From NCBI GenBank assembly GCA_965215015.1, contig OZ244042.1, positions 3,904,001-3,968,000 of the forward strand: DNA of 64,000 bases. Direction: 5' to 3'. Under the pieces are notes generated by a model. The model made no database searches. It saw only the letters and a list, made by a program, of their open reading frames with translations, and was not told the DNA's origin. Every line of letters starts with the position of its first letter. Positions within the stretch are counted from its first letter, which is position 1. This DNA is from Candidatus Poribacteria bacterium. Its GTDB lineage: Bacteria > Poribacteria > WGA-4E > PCPOR2b. A program made the translations under genes and the position numbers. Shown here piece by piece: positions 19,235 through 28,930 of the stretch.

Positions 19235-19414
19235 ATGGCCATAGGTCCTTTAGAAATTCTGATTCTGCTCATCGTTTTTCTGGGCATCCTTCTTATTTCC
19301 CGTCGTCAAACCAAGCGGATTTGTCCCCGATGCGGTTTTGCAATCCGGTCGTATACCGCTGAGTGCCCTGAGTGCGGGATGATTTTTCCGAGGAAGGAAA
19401 GGGCCCATTCATGA
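19235..19414 (+). CDS. Small membrane-anchored zinc-ribbon protein (59 aa; below the ORF-track cutoff)
   Basis: MAIGPLEILILLIVFLGILLISRRQTKRICPRCGFAIRSYTAECPECGMIFPRKERAHS*. Starts 1 nt after the nfo stop and overlaps the next start (ATGA). Confidence 0.85.
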   Translation: MAIGPLEILILLIVFLGILLISRRQTKRICPRCGFAIRSYTAECPECGMIFPRKERAHS

Positions 19415-20175
19415 AGATCACGTTTCTCGGTACAGGCACATCGCACGGTGTTCCGATGATTGCTTGTCATTGTGCTGTCTGTCGGTCAAAAGACCCCAAA
19501 AATCACCGTACCCGTTCCTCAATTGTTATAACCCTTGACAACGACAAAAACATCCTTGTGGATACCTCACCGGAGCTTCGGCTTCAAGTTATCCGATGCG
19601 GCATTGACCACATCGATGCCATCCTTTTTACCCACGCGCACGCAGACCACCTGCATGGGCTTGATGATGTCCGTGCGTATTCTGAGATTCAAGGTGCCTC
19701 TATCCCTTGTTACGGCAACCCCGGAACCCTTGACCGTCTCAGCACTGTTTTTGAATATGCCTTTCGGCTTCAGCACCTCGGCGGTGGTATCCCGCAACTA
19801 GAACTGGTAATGATTGATGGCCCATTTCAGCTATTTGGTGTTGAATTTGTTCCCGTTGACCTGCTACATGGAAAGACGGAGGTGCTCGGCTTTCGGATTG
19901 GTGATTTTGCCTACGCTACGGACTGCAACCAGATTTCACCGCCTTCAATGGATTTGCTGAGCAATCTCGAAGTTCTGGTGCTTGATGCCATCCGATGGGA
20001 GCCACCGCATCCGACTCATTTCACAATTCCAGAATCGTTGAAAATTGTGAAACAACTCAATCCCAAACAGACCTATTTTACGCACATGACCCATGATGTG
20101 GAACATCATTCGACGAATGCACTCCTACCCGAAAATGTCCAGCTTGCCTATGACGGTTTGGTAGTGGAAGTTTAA
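19411..20175 (+). CDS. MBL-fold metallo-hydrolase (PhnP-like phosphodiesterase)
   Basis: FLGTGTSHGVPMIACHCAVC, THAHADHLHGLDD and YFTHMTH motifs. Confidence 0.92.
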   Translation: MKITFLGTGTSHGVPMIACHCAVCRSKDPKNHRTRSSIVITLDNDKNILVDTSPELRLQVIRCGIDHIDAILFTHAHADHLHGLDDVRAYSEIQGASIPCYGNPGTLDRLSTVFEYAFRLQHLGGGIPQLELVMIDGPFQLFGVEFVPVDLLHGKTEVLGFRIGDFAYATDCNQISPPSMDLLSNLEVLVLDAIRWEPPHPTHFTIPESLKIVKQLNPKQTYFTHMTHDVEHHSTNALLPENVQLAYDGLVVEV

Positions 20176-20190
20176 GGACAGCGGAAATAG

Positions 20191-21105
20191 ATGGAAGGTA
20201 TGCGTCAAATACGATGCCTATTTCCGCTTGCAGAAGGGAGATACATGAACCGCCATCCATTACTAGATGTTGAACGCATTGAGCAGATGCCGGACGTTTA
20301 TCTCAATGCTGTAGGTCGTGTCTTTGCAGTTTTCGATGGATGTACCCAGGATTCGGGAAACATATCCTACGGGGTACAAACCACGCAGGGACGCTATTTC
20401 GTAAAGACAGCAGGGCACACCGATGATCCAAATCCCTTTCTGAGACATTCTGAGAGGGTTTCGCTGCTCCGAAACGCGATCCGGCTGCAGCAGAATTGCA
20501 ATCATCGTACCCTGCCCCCTCTACATCAGGTAATAGAATCGCCGAGCGGCCCGCTGCTTGTCTATCAATGGGTCGATGGTGAGCTGATTAGGGTGGATGC
20601 TGCGGGGCGCAACGACCCGCAATCGACCTTTCAGCGTTTCCGACGGCTCCCGTCCCCTGAGATAATACGCGGTCTGAATCTTGTCTACGAGTTGCACCAC
20701 CAACTTGCACAGCTAGGGTGGATTGCTGTCGATTTTTACGATGGCTGCATAATCTACGACTTTGACCATCAAAATTTACATATTGTAGATCTAGACCATT
20801 ACTGTGAAGGCCCGTTTGTGAACGAGATGGGGCGGCTGTTCGGTTCGTCGCGTTTCATGGCTCCCGAGGAGTTTGAGCGGGGTGCGCTCATTGATGAACG
20901 CACCACTGTGTTCACTATGGGGAGAACTGCAGCTGTGCTGCTATCAGACGGTACGTTGGACCGTCCTCCGTTTCGTGGAAGCGACGCCCTGTACGAGGTG
21001 GTTCGCCGCGCCTGCTGCGATGATCGGGAGAAACGATACGACTCGATGGCCTCTTTTTTTGCTGCGTGGATGGACGCGCGTATTGCTGAGTCATTGCCAC
21101 ACTGA
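20191..21105 (+). CDS. Ser/Thr protein kinase-like protein
   Basis: YFVKT, catalytic loop AVDFYDGCII, DLD (DFG position) and GSSRFMAPEE. Start may be ATG 20245. Confidence 0.75.
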   Translation: MEGMRQIRCLFPLAEGRYMNRHPLLDVERIEQMPDVYLNAVGRVFAVFDGCTQDSGNISYGVQTTQGRYFVKTAGHTDDPNPFLRHSERVSLLRNAIRLQQNCNHRTLPPLHQVIESPSGPLLVYQWVDGELIRVDAAGRNDPQSTFQRFRRLPSPEIIRGLNLVYELHHQLAQLGWIAVDFYDGCIIYDFDHQNLHIVDLDHYCEGPFVNEMGRLFGSSRFMAPEEFERGALIDERTTVFTMGRTAAVLLSDGTLDRPPFRGSDALYEVVRRACCDDREKRYDSMASFFAAWMDARIAESLPH

Positions 21106-21208
21106 ACGGCCTAACGGATAGCCTATTTGGTTGCTGGTCCCTAGAGTAAATCTTAACTACTATGAATGCACTGCCAAGTGATTAGGGAGACGAATAGCAG
21201 GTGAACTG

Positions 21209-21700
21209 TGTTACCAACCACACTTTCGAGCTCTCGCCGCCGTCAATCGGAAACGGCGAATTGTTGTAAACCACCAAGTAGACAGCTTATTGTGCGCCGT
21301 TGAACAGGGATTGACTGTTGAGCAGATCATGCTGTATGAGTTCGCATTTGCCGACGCGTCGGGCAGTCACATTGAAGCACAGTGGTGATCACTCGATAAT
21401 ACCTTTCCACTAGAGAGACGACCACTGATAGATGAGACAAGTCCGTCGGTGTCAGGCTATGTGAGTTCAGAGCGCGTCAAGGTCTTCCTGCAATGGGTGG
21501 AGGACGGGGTCAACATTGCCGAAGTTTACATTGAGGAAACAAAGAAACGGGAGATCGAATGCTTCTATACCTATCGGCTTAACAAGGGGCCGCACACGGA
21601 GCATCGTGAATTAGCAGAAGCGCGTCCAGATTGGCTAATCACAGGCGAGCGGATGCATTTTTCAACCATGAATCGCTGCGAATCTTCGCCAATTGCTATT
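21209..21700 (+). pseudogene. Degraded glycosyl-hydrolase-like (GHL10-type) gene
   Basis: AAVNRKRRIVVNHQVD...EFAFADASGSHIEAQW*SLDN, then KVFLQWVEDGVNIAEVYIEETKKREIECFYTYRLN; in-frame stop and truncation. Family assignment is tentative. Confidence 0.5.
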
Positions 21701-21826
21701 CACACGAGCCGACAGATTTCCCGAACGTTCAATCGTTTCTCAATCCGTGCCATCCGCTTCATCAGTTTAATCCGAGATTGAAACAATACTTATGAGCATC
21801 GCTCACATACCTAGCAACTCGGATTA

Positions 21827-22543
21827 TTATACCGGAATCATCTTTCTTACACCGTTTTCGTACCGAACTTCATAATCGCTTTTAGGTACAGGTATAGCGC
21901 GGATAGCTAGCTCTTCTTGGGTAATCAAGGGTTCGGAAAGCATGAGCAGGTCATCCAAGGATTCTTGAGGCGTTTTCCCAGTGGTGTCAACCACAATTTT
22001 GCGGCCCTTCTGGGTAAAGAGCGATTTTTCAATCTCCTCCTCGAAACGCCGTTTGACCTCCCCAATATCCGCTTCTTTGATAATTTGGTACTCGTGTGGG
22101 TCTGCCTGCATCCGCTCCCGGATTGCCTCATCACCGGCGGTTACATGAATCAAAACCACATTGGGCAAGCGGGCTTCAAACACCTGCGCCTCGTAAATCC
22201 GTTGTGCTGAATATGAGTAATTCTTATAGTAGGGGTTGTCCGGATCGTCGCCGTACATGTCTGAGTAGACCGCTTCTTCGATATGCCAGCCCGCAATCAG
22301 GGTGTTCGGATAATTCCTGATAACTTCAATATGGTACTGAATCTGCATCCGTTGCGAGCGTTCTTTAACATCATCGGGAAAATTGACCATCAACGCTCGT
22401 GATTCTGGACTCAAAGAGGCGTCCGGAAGGGTAAAATGGTCGTCTCCGTGAACGGGTAGTCTGCGCTGTCGATAGTAGGCGTCTAGCAGCTTAATTAGCG
22501 TTGATTTTCCAGCGTATTCAATACCGACAAAGACACATCGCAT
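21827..22543 (-). CDS. P-loop nucleoside monophosphate kinase-like protein
   Basis: N-terminal Walker A GIEYAGKST; thymidylate-kinase-like layout. Confidence 0.7.
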   Translation of the reverse strand: MRCVFVGIEYAGKSTLIKLLDAYYRQRRLPVHGDDHFTLPDASLSPESRALMVNFPDDVKERSQRMQIQYHIEVIRNYPNTLIAGWHIEEAVYSDMYGDDPDNPYYKNYSYSAQRIYEAQVFEARLPNVVLIHVTAGDEAIRERMQADPHEYQIIKEADIGEVKRRFEEEIEKSLFTQKGRKIVVDTTGKTPQESLDDLLMLSEPLITQEELAIRAIPVPKSDYEVRYENGVRKMIPV

Positions 22544-22567
22544 AATGAAAACTCCTTTCTTACTCTA

Positions 22568-22621
22568 AGAGTCAAACTTTTTCACATGTTAGTTCTTAAT
22601 AAGAGTACAAAGTTTGACTCT
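22568..22621. repeat. 13-bp perfect inverted repeat upstream of the kinase gene
   Basis: AGAGTCAAACTTT-28 nt-AAAGTTTGACTCT. Confidence 0.8.
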
Positions 22622-23006
22622 CAATTCTGTAGTGACGGGTTTATAGTTATTAAAGGAACAATTCGTATGAGAGAGAGCCCGAATTTCATAGAGGCACGCC
22701 CATGAATCATCCGCTAAGCCCTATAAAATCTGCGATTCTATGGCGAATGATTATAGCACGATTCGATTATAAGATCTATCACTATTTTGCTAATTTAATC
22801 CAAGTTGCTGGTGGCGCACCGCGCGATAGAATTGATTTCTATACCTGTTAGATTGGGCATCTTGTCTGACCGTGGCAGGTGTCGAGATTCATACCTTGAC
22901 TAAATGTCTGCATCAATGAACAGATGAACTAACGGTTATCGTTGGTTTTCGGAACTTACGAGACCGTGGTTCCCGATCCGATTGGGGCAGCGTTTTGCCC
23001 TCTCTT

Positions 23007-23954
23007 TCAATACCCCTTCTGTTTATCCACGCGGTTGACTAACGGTTCGCCTTTGATATAGCGGTGCAGATTATCAACAAACAGGCGCATCGCACGCGCC
23101 CGCATGTGCTGCGAGGCCCCCGCACTATGAGAAGTCAAAATCACATTCGGTTCCGTCCATAGCGGGCTATCCGCCGGACACGGCTCGATGTAGGTAACAT
23201 CCAATCCCGCACCAGCGAGTTTGCCGCTGCGGAGTGCCGCAATCATAGCATCCTCATCAATGACTTTGCCGCGACTAACGTTGACAAGATAACTTCCCTC
23301 CGGCAGAAGATTAAACTGTTCGTGCGATAGAAGTTTGTGGGTTTCAGGGGTGCTTGGACAACAGACCATCACGACGTTAGATTGTGTCATAAATTCTGAA
23401 AGCCAATCCAGTTTGCCAAGTACATCAACACAATCCGGCTTGTCCATTGATTCCGGATCAACTGCGATAACCTTAAACTCAAATGCCTTTGCCCGTGCTG
23501 CGATCGCTCGACCGATACCGCCAAGTCCCAAAATTCCCATGGTCATCCCCGCCAATTCGATGCACGGGACCCGATCCCAATGTTTCTCCTTCATAAATTC
23601 CAGCTGTGCCGGAATGCTACGGGTCAGGGAAAGCAACAGCGCGAAGGCATGCTCAGAAATTTGAAGGCCGTACAGTTTTTGACAGTTGGTCAAAATTACG
23701 TCGCTTGCCTTGAAGGCCGGATACATCGTACCTTCGACGCCTGCCGAAGGTTGCTGCACCCAGCGCAACGATTTGGCTTGGGGTAGGTCTGCTTCACGGA
23801 TACCGCCGTAGATAATCTCGGCATCTGCAACACGATCCGCCAACGTCTCGCCCGGTGCTAGGAACTGAATATCTACCTCCGGCGGGACATCTTTGAGTAT
23901 CGCTTCGACGGAGGGATCTTCACGTCTTGCCATTAACACTTTACGTTTGGCCAT
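23007..23954 (-). CDS. D-2-hydroxyacid dehydrogenase
   Basis: GILGLGGIG, LVNVSRG, GAGLDV and LTSHSAG motifs. Confidence 0.93.
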   Translation of the reverse strand: MAKRKVLMARREDPSVEAILKDVPPEVDIQFLAPGETLADRVADAEIIYGGIREADLPQAKSLRWVQQPSAGVEGTMYPAFKASDVILTNCQKLYGLQISEHAFALLLSLTRSIPAQLEFMKEKHWDRVPCIELAGMTMGILGLGGIGRAIAARAKAFEFKVIAVDPESMDKPDCVDVLGKLDWLSEFMTQSNVVMVCCPSTPETHKLLSHEQFNLLPEGSYLVNVSRGKVIDEDAMIAALRSGKLAGAGLDVTYIEPCPADSPLWTEPNVILTSHSAGASQHMRARAMRLFVDNLHRYIKGEPLVNRVDKQKGY

Positions 23955-24164
23955 AATCAATTCCTTTCATGTTTAGTTTGTATTCAACAGATTAACAACA
24001 TCTGGCTTTATGTGTTACAATCTTCTCTCTAAGATGTGAGAAATTTGGCTCAGTTAACAAGCTGATATCAGCTAACAACCCTAAACCGGCTCCAGCAATA
24101 CCTTCTTCACCTCCATTGAAAAAGGATTAGCAACGCAACATCCAGTTAGATAGGAAAATTTAAT

Positions 24165-25202
24165 CTATCCAATGGTAACCTTTCGTTGCTCTTTGGCACT
24201 ATCGTAAAGGGCGTCAAGGATTTTCATGAACGTATAGGCATCTGCAGCAGAGACGTCCGGCTCAACCTCCCCAGCGATTGCCATTGCGAAATGCTCAATC
24301 TCGTAAAAGAAAACGGGTCGGGGCTCCGGGGGGTTGCTATGCTTTATATCTAGCGGTTCATCAATCTCCTCCCGGATAAACTCACTATCTTTGTGCCGGA
24401 AAACCCCTCCGCCTGTAATTGCACCGGTACTGCCATAAAGTTCAATGATTGTCGGTGTAGGGGTATGCACCATTCGTGAGCAATCAATCTGAATCGTTTT
24501 CCCTCCCTCCAAACCGACCAATCCAGTGAAGTAGTCATCAGCAGCACCTTCGGGGCCATCGTATGCCGGATAGACCACATGCTTAGCACCAAACGCCCAC
24601 TCCGGCTTCGGACATCCCATCCACCACCACGCCAGATCTAATTCATGGGAATAGTGCTGCCCTAACGCTCCTCCTTTCTGACCGTATACATGCAGCCAAC
24701 GATAGTTGTCATTCAGTGGCGGGATATGATTGTATTTCCCAAAGATCCGGGCGTGATAAGGATTTCCAATCTTACCGCTAAGTACCGCCCGGCGAATCTG
24801 CCGATTATTAGGGAAGTGGCGCATGAAATAGCAAAATTGCAGGGTCCTGTCTGCCGCTTTCGCTGCATCCGCTATCTCTGTAATCTCCGTTGCCCGTATC
24901 GCATGAGGCTTTTGGACTAACACATGCTTACCCGCAGCGAGTGTCTCAAGCACCATTGGCAGGCGCACATCGGGGGCAGTACCAAGGTACACCGCATCAA
25001 TGTCGCGATTTTCAAGAACCTCCCGGTAATCGGTGTAGACGCGCGGCACAGAATATTCCTCGGCTACCTTTTCACGCCGAGCAGAGTCAAGGTCTGCGAG
25101 CGCAACGGTAGTCATGCGCGACATTACAGTGGTTGCGAAAATCGTTTGTCTACCTGTAAACCCGCAGCCGACGACACCAAGTTTGATTGGCTGACTTGTC
25201 AT
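24165..25202 (-). CDS. Gfo/Idh/MocA family oxidoreductase
   Basis: GVVGCG and GKHVLVQKP motifs. Confidence 0.9.
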   Translation of the reverse strand: MTSQPIKLGVVGCGFTGRQTIFATTVMSRMTTVALADLDSARREKVAEEYSVPRVYTDYREVLENRDIDAVYLGTAPDVRLPMVLETLAAGKHVLVQKPHAIRATEITEIADAAKAADRTLQFCYFMRHFPNNRQIRRAVLSGKIGNPYHARIFGKYNHIPPLNDNYRWLHVYGQKGGALGQHYSHELDLAWWWMGCPKPEWAFGAKHVVYPAYDGPEGAADDYFTGLVGLEGGKTIQIDCSRMVHTPTPTIIELYGSTGAITGGGVFRHKDSEFIREEIDEPLDIKHSNPPEPRPVFFYEIEHFAMAIAGEVEPDVSAADAYTFMKILDALYDSAKEQRKVTIG

Positions 25203-25390
25203 GAACCTTCCTCCTCTATTGTAAAGGATAACGAGGGTTTAGTTGAGTGCTTAGTAGGGAATAGCGATCGTTGCTCCCTATACCGTTCCCACTAGTGTGG
25301 TAGGGACAAAAGGTAAAAATTCAAGGAATAACAGGCATCACGTAACGAAACCCGACGTAGGGACTGGGGCTCTTCGGAGGATACGGCTTA

Positions 25391-25731
25391 CGATTAGCGG
25401 CCCGCTAGCGCATCCCACGCCACAGCGATACGGAGGATCTTCAAGCCTTCTGGTTCCAAACCGCTTGTTAGGCCTCTGTTAGGGCTTGCCCTAACAATCT
25501 TGCCCTATCAGACTCCTGAAAATCAATCAGGATTTAAGGATTCTCAGGATTAACCGCTGTTAGCGGCACGCTAACAAGCGAGGATTTTCAAACGCCTGTT
25601 GGCGCGCCTGATAAGCGGCACAGAGGCCTAACAATCCTCCTGAAAATCCTTTAATCCCGTCTGTTAGCGGCACGCTAACAGGCGTAAAATCCTGATTCAG
25701 ACAAGCTTTAATCCTGATTATGATTCAGACA
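25391..25731. repeat. AATCCTG/CAGGATT-type repeat interrupted by TGTTAG-N7/8-CTAACA micro-palindromes
   Basis: Backbone AATCAGGATTTAAGGATT...AATCCTTTAATCC...AATCCTGATTCAGACA. Hairpins at 25477-25496, 25558-25576 and 25662-25680. Confidence 0.85.
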
Positions 25732-25771
25732 TTTAGAATAATAGATGTAGGTAAGCTTATCTAAAGGAATT

Positions 25772-26938
25772 TCAGGAAGTCATACACAGGCAATCCTGAT
25801 AAACCGCTTCCAACTGCTGGATAGATCTATCGTTATCAAACATCTCCTCAATTCTTAGTCTTGCATTTCGCCCCAGATATATTGCCAATTTCCGATCAGT
25901 TAGAAGGCAATTGATTGCCTCCGCCAACACCCCACTCGCTCGTGGTGGGATAAGTAGCCCATTCTCTTGATGGTTAATCAGATCGAGGACTCCACCAACG
26001 CTTGAAGCGATGCAAGGTAGTCCAACCCCCATCGCTTCGATGAGGGCATTAGGTGAGCTTTCATGCAGCGATGGTAGGACAAAAAGGTGTGCGGTAGATA
26101 GTATAGAAAAAATATCGTCCCAGAAGCCGGGCATCTGTATCCGATCCGACAGGTGATAACGATTGGCGCGCTGCTCTAGGTCCGCCTTCAACACACCATC
26201 TCCGAGGATTGTTACTGTGAAGTTTTGCCTGTTGAATTTTGTATTGAGTAGGTACAATGCTTCGATAAGATACTGATGGCCCTTTTCCGCAGTCAATCGT
26301 CCAACACTCACAATGTGCCAAAGCGGTGGAGTGTCGAAAGAAGATTGTGATTGTAAGTCAGGTAGATCGAGCAGATTCCGAATTGCTAAAATACTTTTGT
26401 CAGGGTAACGGTGCCAAAGGTCGTCTCGGATGCGATCAGAATTGGTTAGGAGGACGTCGGCGTGGCGGTAGATGACTTTTTCCGTCAACCATAACCTTGA
26501 ACGACTATATCTTGCGTAGTAGTCGCCGCGCTGTGAAACAATCAAGGGGCAGGCCGGATTCGCCCCTGAAGGAGTTCGAGAGAATTGGCGAACAAGACCG
26601 CAGAGGAAATTGGAATACCAAAGCCAGCTGTGGATAATTGCTGGCTTCACCAATTTTATAATTTCCGCTAACCTGAAAGCCTTCTGCACCAAGGGCAATA
26701 TGGGAAATCTGCCCCGATGGGGTTGAGATTCAAGGGTGCCTGCGTCGTGCATTACAGTAATGTCTTGGACGATTGGGAGTGCTGCAAGCTGCTCGTAGGA
26801 AGTGCCGCGCTCACGGCTTAACACAATAAAGGCTTCAAATCGATCCAGTGGTAATCGCGCTAAGGTCTTGAACAACTGCGTCTCAGCCCCGCCTCTGCCC
26901 ATAGAATCGATAACGTAAAGAATTCGAGTTCGATTCAA
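25772..26938 (-). CDS. Glycosyltransferase family 4
   Basis: ILYVIDSMGRGGAE, VGRLTAEKG and PSLHESSPNALIEAM motifs. Start reset to TTG 26938 because the ORF-track extension runs through REP repeats. Confidence 0.92.
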   Translation of the reverse strand: MNRTRILYVIDSMGRGGAETQLFKTLARLPLDRFEAFIVLSRERGTSYEQLAALPIVQDITVMHDAGTLESQPHRGRFPILPLVQKAFRLAEIIKLVKPAIIHSWLWYSNFLCGLVRQFSRTPSGANPACPLIVSQRGDYYARYSRSRLWLTEKVIYRHADVLLTNSDRIRDDLWHRYPDKSILAIRNLLDLPDLQSQSSFDTPPLWHIVSVGRLTAEKGHQYLIEALYLLNTKFNRQNFTVTILGDGVLKADLEQRANRYHLSDRIQMPGFWDDIFSILSTAHLFVLPSLHESSPNALIEAMGVGLPCIASSVGGVLDLINHQENGLLIPPRASGVLAEAINCLLTDRKLAIYLGRNARLRIEEMFDNDRSIQQLEAVYQDCLCMTS

Positions 26939-26974
26939 AACGTACCCCCCCCATTTAGCAATTTCCAACCAAAA

Positions 26975-27225
26975 AGTAGTAGGCATACTCCGTATGCCGC
27001 AACTGTTGTGTAGATTATGGCACGACGGAGCAGGGGCATACGTCATGCTAACTGCTGTGGACCTCATCACATCTCCGTGTCCCCTTTGATAGGCCAACCG
27101 AAGCCGGGGAACTTATCCCACTGCCAAGCCAAACTCCCCGCGATTTTTTCTCGGCGCAGCCCCTTCTTACGAATTAATGTAGGAGTTACGCACTTCAGTA
27201 GGGCACACCGATCAGTGTGCCCTAT
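26975..27225. repeat. REP/MITE-like cluster
   Basis: GTAGTAGGCATACTCCGTATGCC; AGGAGTTACGCACTT (27181-27195); GTAGGGCACACCGATCAGTGTGCCCTA. Confidence 0.7.
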
Positions 27226-27297
27226 GGATTCCTTATGAAGTCTCTGCTGCAGTTGCCCATGAACCTTTCGTTTGGTTTAAGAGTCTGTAATCTTCTT

Positions 27298-28266
27298 TTA
27301 GTCGAGTGTGTTCAATCTCTCAAGGTAGGCTGTCATATAGCCGATTGTATAGGCACGTGCCCGGTGTCCCTGCGATGTATCGTTTATCATGTTTGGGACA
27401 TGATCTGTAATCATCCAGCCGGCAAATCCACTTTCCTTTAATGCCCTCATCACTTCAAACATATCACAGTTCCCGTCATTTACAAAGGATTCGGCAAACT
27501 TGGGGACATATCCCTGCACATCCCGAAAATGGACGTAGAAAATCCGATCACGCTCCCCGAAGTAACGGACAGCATCAATGACACCGGGGCCCATCTCAGA
27601 CCAAGATCCGACACAGAAATCAAGCCCGTGCATAGGACTGTCAACAAGCGATATACCATGCTTGAACCCTTCAAAACTACGAAACAGACGAGGTATTCCC
27701 CCAAGGGATTTGACCGGCGGATCATCCGGATGGAGAGCGAGCCGGACCCCCGCCTCCTCGGCAACTGGAAGAATCACCTTCATGTAATATTCGTAGTATT
27801 CCCACATCTCCTCTTCGGTGAAGACACGTCCGTGGGATAGAGGTGCGTCCTTAACAAGTTCCATATCAAAGCTAGTAACTGTCGCCCCTCCCCTAGTAGG
27901 TGTTGTGTTGGAAGTCCGCCACACGCTGTTGGGCATCCAATGATAGCCGAGGGTATCAATGCCTGCCGCTCCCATATTGCGGATAGTGGCCGCCATATTC
28001 TCAATCTGCTCTTCCCGTCCGGGGGTGCCGAGCATAATCTTGTCGTAAAAAGAGATGGGGACATTTTCAATAGCAGCGAGCCGGAGACCCACATTTTCGA
28101 TTGCGGTTCGCATCTGTAGCAGGTCCATAAATTCCCAACGACCGTCGCCCGGCAGTTGAGGGTTAGCCATAACGACAGTTTCAACACCCAGTTGCTTGAC
28201 AAATGTTAGCCATTCTTTGTCCACTTCGCTGAATAGGTATAAGCCAAGTTCCATTTTACGTTCCAT
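27298..28266 (-). CDS. uxuA: Mannonate dehydratase family
   Basis: GYHWMP, PVAEEAGVRLALHPDDPP, YVHFRDV and DHVP motifs. Confidence 0.88.
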   Translation of the reverse strand: MERKMELGLYLFSEVDKEWLTFVKQLGVETVVMANPQLPGDGRWEFMDLLQMRTAIENVGLRLAAIENVPISFYDKIMLGTPGREEQIENMAATIRNMGAAGIDTLGYHWMPNSVWRTSNTTPTRGGATVTSFDMELVKDAPLSHGRVFTEEEMWEYYEYYMKVILPVAEEAGVRLALHPDDPPVKSLGGIPRLFRSFEGFKHGISLVDSPMHGLDFCVGSWSEMGPGVIDAVRYFGERDRIFYVHFRDVQGYVPKFAESFVNDGNCDMFEVMRALKESGFAGWMITDHVPNMINDTSQGHRARAYTIGYMTAYLERLNTLD

Positions 28267-28302
28267 AATATTTTCCTTCCAATGAATAAAACCGTTCACA
28301 GA

Positions 28303-28752
28303 TCAAAACAGCTTATTGCTATCTAGCAGCATCGTGACAGGCCCGTCATTAATCAGTTCAACATCCATCATTGCCTGAAACACGCCAGCCTTGACAGGCA
28401 CCCCCAACCGCGAGATCTCATCCATAAACGCTTGATAGAGAGGATTCGCTTTTTCAGGACGAGCGGCAGCGATGAAACTGGGGCGTCTCCCCTTGCGGCA
28501 ATCCCCGTAGAGCGTGAATTGAGAGACGACAAGGGCTTCGCCGCTGATATCTAAAATAGACAAATTCATTCGTCCTTCATCGTCTTCAAAGATTCGGAGG
28601 TTAGCGATTTTGCTTGCCATATAATCGACATCGGTGGGAGTATCTTCTTGAGCGACGCCGAGAAAGACAAGCAATCCCTTGCGAATCTCCGATATCCCCC
28701 TTCCTTCGACGGTTACACTGGCAGATTTAACACGTTGGATAACAGCTCTCAT
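28303..28752 (-). CDS. dtd: D-aminoacyl-tRNA deacylase
   Basis: [20 protein letters not shown] and NDGPVT motifs. Confidence 0.98.
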   Translation of the reverse strand: MRAVIQRVKSASVTVEGRGISEIRKGLLVFLGVAQEDTPTDVDYMASKIANLRIFEDDEGRMNLSILDISGEALVVSQFTLYGDCRKGRRPSFIAAARPEKANPLYQAFMDEISRLGVPVKAGVFQAMMDVELINDGPVTMLLDSNKLF

Positions 28753-28930
28753 GTTTCACCGTAATTATTTCATGATATATCAGTTTTCGGGTCATATTTA
28801 GTAGCTTGCCTGTATTCTAGCATAGATAATTGTCAACGGACAAGATGATTCTTGAGGTCACAGCACTGCCTCAAATTACATCATATTCCTATCAGCGACT
28901 AACTATTTTTAGAACGATGGTTGAAAGCTT

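Noticed and set aside
21380-21392. In-frame TGA as selenocysteine or recoding
   Set aside because: The gene is otherwise broken and truncated, so TGG-to-TGA decay is the simpler explanation. Intact genes in the window use TGA as stop.
25441-25731. CRISPR array
   Set aside because: Only two identical 19-mers, irregular spacing, intervening DNA is itself repetitive, and no cas genes are present.
26939-27097. N-terminal extension of the GT4 ORF
   Set aside because: Runs through REP palindromes; the GT4 fold begins at TTG 26938.
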